Shown here piece by piece: positions 32,683 to 42,481 of a DNA stretch of 64,000 bases. The DNA is from Candidatus Tenderia sp. (GTDB lineage: Bacteria > Pseudomonadota > Gammaproteobacteria > Tenderiales > Tenderiaceae). The notes beneath the pieces were generated by a model that was not told where the DNA came from, searched no databases, and worked only from the letters and a program-made list of their open reading frames with translations. Every line of letters begins with the position of its first letter. Position 1 is the stretch's first letter. Location of the stretch: assembly GCA_031416075.1 (NCBI GenBank), contig JANOSY010000091.1:1-64000 (forward strand), given 5' to 3'. Both the position numbers and the translations under genes were made by a program.

Positions 32683-33423
32683 TTATCTCCAAGGATTCTT
32701 GAGAGTTGCATCACTCAATGGAGGCTGCCAATTAGCAGGCTTTGGCTTAGAGTGGCACTTCTTACATGACTTGGTAGTGATCGGGAAGGATACTTTACCG
32801 TGACATACACCACACTTTTGGCCCAGCAGAATGGCAGACATATTGATCTGATTTGCCCCTTTCTGTGGAATGAAGATCGCTGGATGACAGTTTTGGCACG
32901 CCAACCACTCAGTATGCTGACGATGCGGGAAAACCACATCAGGCACTGAAGCCTTCACTTCACGCACAATATCTAGATCCATGACAAAAGGCTCTTCACT
33001 TGAATCAACCCGATCCCAACGTGGAGCAAGCGTTTTCTCATCAATAGCCTTTACCCAGTCAACATAGTTACCAAACTCCGTCACTGGCAAACCTTTGTAC
33101 GCTTCAATCGGCGCCTGGAGCACAAACGTTCCTTCGTTTTCGGTGTCATGAATACCATCTTCTGGGGGTGGCGCGTTTTTCATCTTATCCACTTTTAAGT
33201 TACGGTTAAAAGTGTTCACGCCAGCCACCTGTGCCACATGCAGCACCTGCTGCTCAGACGGAGCAACCTCATCCACAGGTGTGTAGTCAGGTGCATAACT
33301 CAAAGACTTTGCTGCCACACCACCAGAGTGAATCTCCACATACCCCTGCGAACAAGCAGGGCCAGCAACAGCCAATGTCAACGCAAAGGACAACAACATA
33401 CTTTTGCTACGCAATTTCATCAT
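32683..33423 (-). CDS. Triheme c7-type cytochrome
   Basis: FPHRQH; CQNCH, CGVCH, CKKCH. Paralog of 30319-30906 (DGIHD, DWVK). Confidence 0.9.
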   Translation of the reverse strand: MMKLRSKSMLLSFALTLAVAGPACSQGYVEIHSGGVAAKSLSYAPDYTPVDEVAPSEQQVLHVAQVAGVNTFNRNLKVDKMKNAPPPEDGIHDTENEGTFVLQAPIEAYKGLPVTEFGNYVDWVKAIDEKTLAPRWDRVDSSEEPFVMDLDIVREVKASVPDVVFPHRQHTEWLACQNCHPAIFIPQKGANQINMSAILLGQKCGVCHGKVSFPITTKSCKKCHSKPKPANWQPPLSDATLKNPWR

Positions 33424-33435
33424 TGATTCCCTCCC

Positions 33436-33864
33436 TTATTTCTTCTGTTCTACGGGCTTGTAGGCTGGCGCAATCAAACGCTGAACCGTACTGCCGTGGA
33501 AGTGAGTGGGAGTCCCCGGAATTCCTGAGTGACACATAGCGCAGTTTTCAACCGACCAAGCAATTTCACCATTGTGGCAAGCACCGCAGAACTTACCATC
33601 AATAATTTTTGCCATCGTGATCTTGTTACCGCCGGCTTTAAACTCAAAACCAAGATCAGCATGACAAACCTTGCATCTAAAACGTATACGATGAAACCAG
33701 TGCGGGAACACTACCGGTCGAATTCCGGCCGCATCAGCATAGTTGTTGATAACCACATCTGCATACTCTGCATGTGCCGCCTGTGGCAACAGGAACGCGG
33801 ATACCCACGCTGCCGCCCCAAGCAGAACATACTTCCACTTACTATGCTTGATCTTGCTAGACAT
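33436..33864 (-). CDS. Triheme c7-type cytochrome
   Basis: FPHWFH; CKVCH, CGACH, CAMCH; signal peptide. Confidence 0.9.
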   Translation of the reverse strand: MSSKIKHSKWKYVLLGAAAWVSAFLLPQAAHAEYADVVINNYADAAGIRPVVFPHWFHRIRFRCKVCHADLGFEFKAGGNKITMAKIIDGKFCGACHNGEIAWSVENCAMCHSGIPGTPTHFHGSTVQRLIAPAYKPVEQKK

Positions 33865-33931
33865 AGTGAACGCTCTCCTCGACTAGTATTAAATGAAATT
33901 TGAAACATTATATTATTATGAGCATGTCCGT

Positions 33932-35704
33932 TTAAAAACGGCGCATAACTCTGAAGTATACCAGATCATAGTTGCGCATGTCAGTCTGAGTCAATCGATA
34001 ACTCATGCTGGTATCGAGCTTACCTATGCTGTAAGTCACTCGATTATCCCAGTCTTGTCTGTCAATAGCCCCTTCCGTTGATATTCTGGAGACCATGTAA
34101 TCAGAGACAAATCCCAATCGTGGCACCCCCAGAAGCTGGGAGTGGGAGAAAAAAACCCGCGCTGTTGATGTTGTTGTATCGGTCTCACTCACGCCCCCCA
34201 GCCCATTATCAAACTCACTACCGACATATTGCAACGTCAAATCCCCGGTAATCGAGCTGCGCCGCCCCAAATCCTGACCACGACTCAACTGGACATGCAT
34301 CATCTGCTGCACCTCCGTACCCCCCAACTCCCTCGAATCGGAGAGCGTCAGCAGGGCAAGCGTGTCCCCACCCCACACCCGCTGATTAAATGAGATAGTC
34401 GCAGAATTATCAAAATATCGTCCCGCGTCCTTGGCGTTGATGGCCCCACTGTCCTGATATCGTAACGCCTCATTAACACTGAACCGCACTGACGTGGGAG
34501 ACGTCAACTCTCCCAGCCACCAAGTGCTGCTCAAATTATGGCCCGCCATGGACTGAATATCACCATAGCTGTCATCAGGCTCCGCTACACGATCAAGCCC
34601 CGCGCTTGCATACGCCTGATACATAAACCCTTTTATCTCATACCAGTCGGTCTGATACATGGTGGCAACGTGCTGGCGATGAAACCCCTGCTGCAGATCC
34701 GCCGTCTTCCTGAAGGTTGAGGTTAAGCTGGCATCAAAACGAAGGTTGTTGTTATAAAAATAGAAGGCACCGGCGTTCATAGCTGTCTGCATCTGATCAT
34801 TAGCCGCCACACCCCCTTGAGCACCATCCATGGTCAATACCCGCAACCCGCCACTCACCGACAGCGGCGACGCCTCTGGCCGCCAAAAGAGAAAACTCGA
34901 CGCCTGGGCAATACTGGTTGTGGTCAGTCGTGTATCGCTGCTGCTGGGATCCAGAAAAGAGCGATCGGTATCATAGAGACTGGCCCGACTATCCACCCGC
35001 AAGCCCCGCACCGGGTAGTAGTAATCATTTAACTCAAGGATCGTATTTTTGTTAGTCCGCTCAACCAGTGAGTGTTCGTTGGTCTGATAACTGGCACGGG
35101 CAATAAAATGGTTTTTTGGCATTCGCAAATCGGCCTCAGCACCAATCAGCGTATCGTCATAACCACCGCCCGGCTGGGAGTCCCAGCTTCGCAGATCAAT
35201 ACGTGCCTGGTACCGGCCACCATTGCCGGTAATATAAGATTGGCGCAAACCCAAATAACTGGATGAGTAGTCCTGCCCAACAAAGGTAATAGGGACCTCC
35301 CCCGTGCCCGCACGATCAATGCGACTATCCGAGCGCTGATATTGCAGGCTGAAAGGGGTTTTGCTATCCGGAATAATGGACAGCGTCCAATCCCCTGTCA
35401 CCAGCTGTGCATCAGCAGTTGCTGCCGAAACATCCCCATCACTCTTTGAGGCATCACTCGCAAAACTTAGGGAGAGACGACTGGTCGCCAACCACGGCTC
35501 CCAAAAATAGTTATTTGCATTCAAATTTGCCAACAGCTGATGGCTACTATCTTCACGTCCCCCGCTCTCACTTAGTGAGCGATAGCTGTACCCAATCGCA
35601 CCCGACAGATCAACCGGACCGACCACGGGCGCAGCCACGCCTGCCCCGGCCACGACCAAACAGGCGGCAATAGCAAACCGAGCCGACTTATGACGACTGT
35701 TCAT
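33932..35704 (-). CDS. Large outer-membrane beta-barrel (porin-cytochrome conduit/export pore)
   Basis: Signal peptide, S/Y/G-rich amphipathic strands, C-terminal VYFRVMRRF. Located among cytochrome genes. Confidence 0.7.
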   Translation of the reverse strand: MNSRHKSARFAIAACLVVAGAGVAAPVVGPVDLSGAIGYSYRSLSESGGREDSSHQLLANLNANNYFWEPWLATSRLSLSFASDASKSDGDVSAATADAQLVTGDWTLSIIPDSKTPFSLQYQRSDSRIDRAGTGEVPITFVGQDYSSSYLGLRQSYITGNGGRYQARIDLRSWDSQPGGGYDDTLIGAEADLRMPKNHFIARASYQTNEHSLVERTNKNTILELNDYYYPVRGLRVDSRASLYDTDRSFLDPSSSDTRLTTTSIAQASSFLFWRPEASPLSVSGGLRVLTMDGAQGGVAANDQMQTAMNAGAFYFYNNNLRFDASLTSTFRKTADLQQGFHRQHVATMYQTDWYEIKGFMYQAYASAGLDRVAEPDDSYGDIQSMAGHNLSSTWWLGELTSPTSVRFSVNEALRYQDSGAINAKDAGRYFDNSATISFNQRVWGGDTLALLTLSDSRELGGTEVQQMMHVQLSRGQDLGRRSSITGDLTLQYVGSEFDNGLGGVSETDTTTSTARVFFSHSQLLGVPRLGFVSDYMVSRISTEGAIDRQDWDNRVTYSIGKLDTSMSYRLTQTDMRNYDLVYFRVMRRF

Positions 35705-35735
35705 ACACGCCGCCCAGACACTCCCCAATGCCCAA

Positions 35736-36743
35736 TTATCGTTTTGTTGCCTCAGCATCCACCCAAATCTTTTTTGTTGTTATAGCTTTATCGTAGATTT
35801 CAAGCCGCGCATTAGCGCGCACTGTCTGCAACACCTCCCTCCAGGCATCATCAGACAACTCCCTTTGCAACAATCCAATGGCACGTGCACTCACGCGCTC
35901 AAACGGATTGACAACCTCTGGCTGACGCTCCAGCAACTTAAATAGCGCAAACCCCTGCAACAAGCCAACGGGCGCGGAGACCTCACCAACCTTCAGCATA
36001 TCCACCACCGCCTGCGCCTCCAGCGCCAACATCCCCCGATGTACAAATCCCAGATCACCGCCCTGTTCCGCCGACGCGTCGCTGGAATGGACCAGCGCCA
36101 ACTCCGCAAAATCGGCACCCGCAGCCAATTTCTGCCGCAAACGCAACGCCTCCTGCTCCGCAGCCTTCCAGCTCTCAGTGGAAGCCGAAGGCGAAACCTT
36201 TAATAAAATCAATGCCAAATGCACACGTGCAGGTGTCGTAAACTTATCCAGATGCTGAGCATAATAACCACGCGCATCCCGCTCTGAAGGCCCCTCAACT
36301 GCCCGCACCCGCTTCTCCAGCACCTGCAGCAGCAACCGCTCAGCCACCACACCACGCAACATCTGCTCCAGATGTCGCGCCTGCTGCTCCGTCACCGACT
36401 GCTGACGATAACGGCCAAGTTCATGCTCAACCTGCTTATCAACCGCTGATGGCTCCACTTTCACACCCTGGCGCAACGCCTCATGCCGCAACAATACCCT
36501 GTCAATCAACTCTCCGGCGACCTGATGTCGCAGCTCAGAGAGTCCGGCATCATCAACACGCCCATGATAGAACCGCTGCCGCAAGGCCACACTCACCGCC
36601 GTCTCATATTCCACCTGGGTAATCGACTCATCTGCCACTTTAGCAAAGATGGCCGCTGACGGCTCAGCATTAACTACCCTTCCCCACAGGCACAGAACAA
36701 CAACCCCAACCAGCCAACGACTCACCACATATCGCCCAATCAC
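35736..36743 (-). CDS. Parvulin/PpiC-type (SurA/PrsA-like) chaperone-PPIase
   Basis: SurA-N-like region, GADFAELALVHSSD..AEQGGDLGF, GEVSAPV. Confidence 0.85.
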   Translation of the reverse strand: MIGRYVVSRWLVGVVVLCLWGRVVNAEPSAAIFAKVADESITQVEYETAVSVALRQRFYHGRVDDAGLSELRHQVAGELIDRVLLRHEALRQGVKVEPSAVDKQVEHELGRYRQQSVTEQQARHLEQMLRGVVAERLLLQVLEKRVRAVEGPSERDARGYYAQHLDKFTTPARVHLALILLKVSPSASTESWKAAEQEALRLRQKLAAGADFAELALVHSSDASAEQGGDLGFVHRGMLALEAQAVVDMLKVGEVSAPVGLLQGFALFKLLERQPEVVNPFERVSARAIGLLQRELSDDAWREVLQTVRANARLEIYDKAITTKKIWVDAEATKR

Positions 36744-37555
36744 TTGTTATGACAGGTCAGACAGACCTGACTACCGGCAGGGTCAATACGCAAAAAGGTT
36801 GGGTTATAGTCCACATGGGGATCGTGGCAAGAGGCGCACTCCACATAAGGTTGAGGCTCACCCACAAAACCACCCACTGTCGCCGTGCGGGCATACAACT
36901 TCATGTCTGTACGCTCAAAACTGGCCGTACCGCCCGCTGTATTTACCCACCAGTTACGACTCACCCCTGAAATCTCCGATGAGGCTGGATGGAAGTCTTT
37001 ATCGTAACCAGGGCCCGCAGGGTTTGAGAGTGCATACCCACCGCCCGCATACTGGATTCCAACAGGGTGGTCATTGGTCAGATCCTTACCTAAATTAGTC
37101 ACCACTGTTGGTGAACCGATACGCCCGCCCACCGCTGCCGCCTGACCGCTCCACAATCCACGGGAAAACCCAGGCACATCACGCCCCGAACCCGGCTCAT
37201 TCAACACCGAATCCATCGCCTGAGTACCGTCATGGCACGACAAACAAGCCAACGACACAGACCCCACCGGCTCCACCCCCGCATCAAGCGTTGTTGTCCC
37301 CATCTGGTCATAGGTAGCAAAACCACGGGGATCGATATTACGATTCCACAACGGCGCATCTGCCGCACCATCACCACCATGGGGGGTATGGCAAAAAACA
37401 CAAACCTCACGAGTACCATCAAAGGTACTCGCAGCATTTAAACCGGTAGCACCCAAATTATGTTTGCTGTTGAAAACCCCGGCCTGGGTGCCAGCAGTGA
37501 TCAAAACCAGCAGCCCTCCCGCCAGGACCGCCATCTGTCGGCGATTAATTATCAT
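36740..37555 (-). CDS. Tetraheme c-type cytochrome, OmcE-like (UetA-like)
   Basis: SKHNL, CVFCHTPH, PLWNR, CLSCHDG, DLTNDHPV, CASCHDPH, FLR, CLTCHNK. GGAG RBS before TTG/ATG at 37558/37555. Confidence 0.88.
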   Translation of the reverse strand: MIINRRQMAVLAGGLLVLITAGTQAGVFNSKHNLGATGLNAASTFDGTREVCVFCHTPHGGDGAADAPLWNRNIDPRGFATYDQMGTTTLDAGVEPVGSVSLACLSCHDGTQAMDSVLNEPGSGRDVPGFSRGLWSGQAAAVGGRIGSPTVVTNLGKDLTNDHPVGIQYAGGGYALSNPAGPGYDKDFHPASSEISGVSRNWWVNTAGGTASFERTDMKLYARTATVGGFVGEPQPYVECASCHDPHVDYNPTFLRIDPAGSQVCLTCHNK

Positions 37556-37634
37556 CAACGCACTTCTCCACGTATTACGGTTTTCTAACATGCCCTTAAC
37601 GATACTGTCAAACAACAGCGCTATTTATTCACTA

Positions 37635-37668
37635 CAAAAAAAACGGGCACCCAAAGGCACCCGTTTTT
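37635..37668 (-). terminator. Intrinsic terminator downstream of the porin
   Basis: Minus strand ACGGGTGCC-TTTG-GGTGCCCGT followed by a T-run. Confidence 0.6.
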
Positions 37669-37690
37669 ATTCATCAAGCTTCTACCGCTA

Positions 37691-38761
37691 TTACATAGAA
37701 GAAAACTTCATGTTGATACCTACAGCTACAGCTGAGGCCGCACCGCCATTTACACCAGCCGCACCGACACCGCTGACCAAGTCGTAAGAGTCGGAATTGT
37801 CACTATCGATCTTGCTATAAATGCCATAAACCTCAGTCTTGTCAGACAGTGCTTTATTAACACCTACCGCAAAGAACATGGCGCCAGTGTCAGAACTATT
37901 GCCCACATCGCCTTTCTGACCAATGGCCAGATTTGCAGTCATGCCGTTACCCAGGCCATGGCTACCGCTAACATAGACATTGGACTGGTCATTGCTATTG
38001 CCACCCATGTCAACATTTTCATACACAAAACCTACTTTAGTTGCCGCATTCAGCGCGTAACCAAGACCCAGCTTAACTGCGGTTGTGTCATCAAATTTGG
38101 AACCTGCCATCACAGCAGAGCCTTCATTCATCTGCTGATAGGCAAGGCTGGCATCCAACGGCCCTTGCTTGTACATACCTGCCAAACTGATAGCCCCCTG
38201 TTTACGGGCAACCGTTGCTGATGTTGTGATGGTATCGGCTAGATTATCATCCACGTAATCGGTCACAATCGCCGCCGCCACTGAAAAACCACTCATGTCT
38301 GGTGAAAGATAGGCCAAGACGTTTTTAGAACGGGCATCTTGATTAGAATCAATCACAGAGTTGTAGTCACCGTGGGTATCGACAAATGGGTCCAGGCTAC
38401 CGGTAGCCATTTTGTACGGGGTATCGTGCGTTCCCAGTACTACAGTACCAAAGTTACCACCCAAACCAACAAAGGTGTTACGCACGCCCAAAGTGCTGCT
38501 TCCATCGGTATAGTCAACACTGCGCTCAATCTGCCACATGGCCTTCATGCCACCACCCAGATCTTCAGACCCTTTAAATCCCAGACGTGAGGCATGACTG
38601 GTGATGCTCAGCTTGCTGTCTTCCTTAGCTGGGTTTGGATCATCATTGCTGATGAGACCTGCTGACAGACGGGCCTTACCGTATACTTCAACGCCAGCCT
38701 GTGCCGCCATAGGAGCGGCCAATATTCCCGCTACCGCCAAAGCTACAATTTTTTTCTGCAT
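37691..38761 (-). CDS. Gram-negative general porin
   Basis: MQKKIVALAVA signal, VEVYG, SRLGFKGSEDLGGG, RNTFVGL, YLSPDMSGFS. Confidence 0.9.
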   Translation of the reverse strand: MQKKIVALAVAGILAAPMAAQAGVEVYGKARLSAGLISNDDPNPAKEDSKLSITSHASRLGFKGSEDLGGGMKAMWQIERSVDYTDGSSTLGVRNTFVGLGGNFGTVVLGTHDTPYKMATGSLDPFVDTHGDYNSVIDSNQDARSKNVLAYLSPDMSGFSVAAAIVTDYVDDNLADTITTSATVARKQGAISLAGMYKQGPLDASLAYQQMNEGSAVMAGSKFDDTTAVKLGLGYALNAATKVGFVYENVDMGGNSNDQSNVYVSGSHGLGNGMTANLAIGQKGDVGNSSDTGAMFFAVGVNKALSDKTEVYGIYSKIDSDNSDSYDLVSGVGAAGVNGGAASAVAVGINMKFSSM

Positions 38762-38904
38762 TACAAATATCCTCCCAAAATATGTGGCACAAGCGCCACA
38801 AGCGATGAAAAAACTACACTACAAATGTAGCTTGGTCAACTGTCGGCTGAAATTACAGATACTTTAGGGGCTATTTACACTTTTTTTCACCCGCCCAGAC
38901 AAAC

Positions 38905-38943
38905 AAAAAGCCCCGCTACTCTATTGAATAGCGGGGCTTTTTT
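38905..38943. terminator. Intrinsic terminator after rplM-rpsI-tRNA
   Basis: AAAAAGCCCCGCTA...TAGCGGGGCTTTTT. Confidence 0.8.
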
Positions 38944-38949
38944 AAAATT

Positions 38950-39023
38950 TGGCTGGGGAACTAGGATTCGAACCTAGATTGACGGAGTCAGAGTCCGTAG
39001 TCCTACCATTGGACGATCCCCCA
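38950..39023 (-). tRNA. tRNA-Gln(CTG)
   Basis: TGGGGGATCGTCCAATGGTAGGAC...ACGGA-CTCTGAC-TCCGT...GGTTCGAATCC...CCCCAGCCA; 74 nt with encoded CCA. Confidence 0.96.
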
Positions 39024-39140
39024 ATAACAACACACTACCTGCCGATGATTTGCTACACCACATCCGCAGAGAACACACAAGGTAAAAATGCCGACGCATA
39101 TTGAATATGCCCCGGCACTTTAACCGATCCAAGCCGGTGA

Positions 39141-39533
39141 TTAACGCTTGGAGAACTGTGGACGTTTACGTGCTTTGTGCAGACCGATCTTCTTACGCTC
39201 AACTTCACGAGCGTCACGAGTCAGGTAGCCTGAACGGCGCATAACAGAGCGAAGCTCTTCATCCCGAACCACCAGGGCGCGTGCCAGACCGTGGCGGATA
39301 GCACCCGCCTGACCACTTGCGCCACCACCGACAACAGTCACAAAAACGTCAAGCTTGTCAGACAGCTCGGCGGCTTCCAACGGCTGGCGCACGATCATGC
39401 GCGCTGTTTCACGGGCAAAGTATTTTTCAATACTGAGCGCGTTAACGGTGATATTGCCAGTACCTGGCTTAACAAACACACGTGCCGATGCGGTTTTGCG
39501 GCGGCCGGTGCTGAGTTGATTCATCTCTGCCAT
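39141..39533 (-). CDS. rpsI: 30S ribosomal protein S9
   Basis: [29 protein letters not shown]. Confidence 0.98.
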   Translation of the reverse strand: MAEMNQLSTGRRKTASARVFVKPGTGNITVNALSIEKYFARETARMIVRQPLEAAELSDKLDVFVTVVGGGASGQAGAIRHGLARALVVRDEELRSVMRRSGYLTRDAREVERKKIGLHKARKRPQFSKR

Positions 39534-39559
39534 GCTTCAGATTCCTGTTGCTCTATTTT

Positions 39560-39988
39560 TTAAATTTCCAGCGGCTTTGGCTGCTGGGCAGTGTGATTGT
39601 GCTCGGCACCGGCATAAAGCTTGAGCTTACGCAGCATTGCACGGCCCAGAGGATTCTTTGGCAACATGCCTTTAACAGCCAGCTGAAGAATCTGTTCAGG
39701 TTTTTTGACAACCAGCTTTTCAAAGCTAATGGACTTCAAGTTACCAACATAACCAGTGTGATGATAATACATTTTGTCGGTACGCTTGTTGCCTGTTACT
39801 GCAATCTTTTCAACGTTGACCACTACGATGTAGTCGCCCGTATCAACATGTGGTGTATATTCGGCTTTGTGCTTACCGCGCAAGCGGCTCGCAATTTCAC
39901 TGGCCAAACGGCCAAGAGTTTTGCCATCGGCGTCAACAATAAACCAGTCGCGCTTGACGGTGGCAGGTTTTGCACTAAACGTTTTCAT
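39560..39988 (-). CDS. rplM: 50S ribosomal protein L13
   Basis: [32 protein letters not shown]. Confidence 0.98.
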   Translation of the reverse strand: MKTFSAKPATVKRDWFIVDADGKTLGRLASEIASRLRGKHKAEYTPHVDTGDYIVVVNVEKIAVTGNKRTDKMYYHHTGYVGNLKSISFEKLVVKKPEQILQLAVKGMLPKNPLGRAMLRKLKLYAGAEHNHTAQQPKPLEI

Positions 39989-40032
39989 CAGGTAAACCCC
40001 AAATCTTTGGATCACTTCCAGAAAGACGGCGA

Positions 40033-40061
40033 ATCTTACACGAGCGCCGCGTATCAGACAA
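40033..40061 (-). promoter_or_regulatory. sigma70 promoter of rplM-rpsI
   Basis: TTGTCT-17 nt-TAAGAT followed by a GC-rich discriminator (TCGCCGTC). Confidence 0.65.
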
Positions 40062-40086
40062 GTCCCAAAATAAGATAATCGGACGG

Positions 40087-40395
40087 CTAAATCTTTAAGC
40101 GCGCCACTGGCCGGCCATTGACCATATGTTCGTCGATAATTTCATCAACGTCCTCCTGGTCCACATAGGTGTACCAAGTTTCGTCCGGGTAAACTACCAC
40201 TACTGGCCCTTCACTACAACGGTCAAGACAGCCTGCGCCATTAATCCGCACCCCCCCTTGGCCATTTAGCCCCATTGCTTTGATGCGCTGTTTGGCGTGT
40301 TCGCGCATCGCCTGGGCGTTATGGTTCTGGCAACAGGCGGAGCCATCTTCACGCTGGTTGGTGCAAAAAAAGAGGTGATGTTTAAAGTAGGACAT
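40087..40395 (-). CDS. Thioredoxin-like [2Fe-2S] ferredoxin
   Basis: HLFFCTNQR...[18 protein letters not shown]. Confidence 0.9.
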   Translation of the reverse strand: MSYFKHHLFFCTNQREDGSACCQNHNAQAMREHAKQRIKAMGLNGQGGVRINGAGCLDRCSEGPVVVVYPDETWYTYVDQEDVDEIIDEHMVNGRPVARLKI

Positions 40396-40506
40396 AGACG
40401 CTCCATGACACCCTATGGGTGTATCCGTTGCCGCACTCATAGGGGAGGTGCGAAAGGGGCTATAATAGCCAAATCATACCCACTATGTGCAACCATCGGA
40501 TCTGTA

Positions 40507-41730
40507 TTGAACATTGATTCTAAAATTAAGGATGAGGCTGATCGCTGTGTCATGTGTGGTCTATGCCTGCCGCACTGCCCCACTTATTATAAGACCCAGA
40601 ATGAGGCCGAGTCACCACGTGGCCGTATCTCACTGATTCTGGCACTGGCCAACAACCAGTTGGAGGCCGATGAGGCGCTCCGTGGCCATCTGGATAGCTG
40701 TCTGCTCTGTCGTGCCTGCGAGTCCAAGTGCCCGTCCGGGGTTCAGTTTGGCGAGATTATGGATGGTGCACGCAATACAATCGCCCAATCCCACCCCCGC
40801 CTACCACAACGCATTAACTTTGCGGCCCTCGCCGCCAGCAAGGGTGCTCAGCGCCGCCAGTCGGCGCTGTTATGGCTGGCGGACAAGAGCGGCCTGCGGG
40901 CACTGGGGCGTGGTTTTGGCGTGACGCGGGCGCTGGGGCTGGAGCGCCTTGAACAGCTTGCCCCCCGCATCAATCGGCCACACGGTTGGCACCACTACTA
41001 TCCGGCCGAAGGTGTCCATCAGGGCGATGTTGGGCTATTTATCGGCTGTTTTAGCGACATGTTCGATCAGGCTACCCTGGAGTCAGCCATCGCTGTACTG
41101 AACCTGTGTGGCTATGGGGTTTACGTGCCCAACAGCCAAGCCTGCTGCGGCGCACTGCACCAGCACAGTGGCGATACGGCACAAGCCCTGCGTCTGGCTG
41201 AGCAGAATCTGGCCACTTTTGGCGCACTGGATATTGTGGCTGTCATCAGCTGCGCCACGGGCTGCGGCAGCCATCTGCAGGAGTATGAGCGGCTGGTGGG
41301 CACAAAGATAAACAGCTGCGATATCAATACCTTTCTTGATCAGATTCAATGGCCTGCCGGTGTAAAGATTGCCCCCTTCAACGGACGTATTGCCGTGCAT
41401 GAGCCGTGCAGTTTACGCAACGTGCTCAAGGAAGCCGCCCCTCTTTATCACCTGTTAAAACGCATTCCAGCCGCCGAGATCGTGGCGCTGCCCGGTAACG
41501 AGCGCTGCTGCGGTGCGGCGGGCAGCTATATGGTTGAGCAGCCAGCGATGGCGGACGCACTGCGCCAGGACAAACTTGACGGGATTGAAGCCAGTCTCCC
41601 CAGCATACTGGTGACAACCAACATCGGCTGTGCCCTGCACATTGCCGCCGGGTTGCGCCAGTCGGGCCAGGGCCTTGAAACACTACACCCCGTTACATTA
41701 CTGCGACGCCAACTGGAGATGCCCTTGTAG
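40507..41730 (+). CDS. GlcF-like Fe-S oxidoreductase (2x[4Fe-4S] + CCG domains)
   Basis: CVMCGLCLPHCP, CLLCRACESKCP, two CCG motifs. Start approximate (TTG). Confidence 0.85.
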   Translation: MNIDSKIKDEADRCVMCGLCLPHCPTYYKTQNEAESPRGRISLILALANNQLEADEALRGHLDSCLLCRACESKCPSGVQFGEIMDGARNTIAQSHPRLPQRINFAALAASKGAQRRQSALLWLADKSGLRALGRGFGVTRALGLERLEQLAPRINRPHGWHHYYPAEGVHQGDVGLFIGCFSDMFDQATLESAIAVLNLCGYGVYVPNSQACCGALHQHSGDTAQALRLAEQNLATFGALDIVAVISCATGCGSHLQEYERLVGTKINSCDINTFLDQIQWPAGVKIAPFNGRIAVHEPCSLRNVLKEAAPLYHLLKRIPAAEIVALPGNERCCGAAGSYMVEQPAMADALRQDKLDGIEASLPSILVTTNIGCALHIAAGLRQSGQGLETLHPVTLLRRQLEMPL

Positions 41731-41760
41731 CCCCCACCGCCATCGGGTATCGTTACCCGG

Positions 41761-42405
41761 ATGAAACAGCGCCGCTATACCACCGTAGATCAACTGATCG
41801 GCAATTTTGATACTGCCGTCCGTACCATTTTTGGCAAGCCAAGGCTAAGTGAACGGGGCGACCCGAGCACCGGGCTTGAGGAGCCAGCCCTGTCAGCAGC
41901 GGAGCGCGCGCTGGCCGCCGGGCTGATGCGGGTCAACCACGCGGGCGAAGTGTCGGCACAGGGGCTGTATGCCGGTCAGGCGCTGACCGCCAGGCTGCCC
42001 GAGGTGCGGGAGAAGATGGAACGTGCCGCGCTGGAGGAGAACGACCATCTGGCCTGGTGTGAAAAGCGGGTGACGGAGCTGGGTGAGGGGGTCAGTATTC
42101 TCAGTCCGCTCTGGTATGTCGGCTCCTTTGGCATTGGCGCGATTGCCGGGATTGCTGGCGATAAGTGGAGCCTGGGGTTTGTTGCCGAGACTGAACATCA
42201 GGTGGTCCGCCATCTTGACAGCCATCTACAGCAACTTCCCGCGCAGGACCGCAAAAGCCGCGCCATTGTGGCGCAGATGCGGGAGGATGAGGCACACCAC
42301 GCCACGGTGGCATTGGAACATGGTGGTGCCGCGCTGCCGGCACCGGTCAAACGGCTGATGGGGCTTACCTCAAAGGTGATGACAACACTGGCGCAGCGGC
42401 TTTAG
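41761..42405 (+). CDS. coq7: Demethoxyubiquinone hydroxylase Coq7
   Basis: MRVNHAGE, EENDHLAWC, ETEHQVVRHL, DEAHH di-iron motifs. Confidence 0.92.
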   Translation: MKQRRYTTVDQLIGNFDTAVRTIFGKPRLSERGDPSTGLEEPALSAAERALAAGLMRVNHAGEVSAQGLYAGQALTARLPEVREKMERAALEENDHLAWCEKRVTELGEGVSILSPLWYVGSFGIGAIAGIAGDKWSLGFVAETEHQVVRHLDSHLQQLPAQDRKSRAIVAQMREDEAHHATVALEHGGAALPAPVKRLMGLTSKVMTTLAQRL

Positions 42406-42437
42406 CCCCCCATCCACCATGCCTCTAACCCCATAAT

Positions 42438-42466
42438 AAAAAAAGCCGCTGTTAACAGCGGCTTTT
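42438..42466. terminator. Bidirectional terminator (coq7/speD)
   Basis: AAAAGCCGCTG-TTAA-CAGCGGCTTTT. Confidence 0.75.
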
Positions 42467-42481
42467 AATACTGCGTTGCGG

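Noticed and set aside
22892-39023. Cytochrome operon as an island integrated at tRNA-Gln
   Set aside because: No integrase, and I found no duplicated tRNA 3' end. A general porin with its own terminator lies between them.
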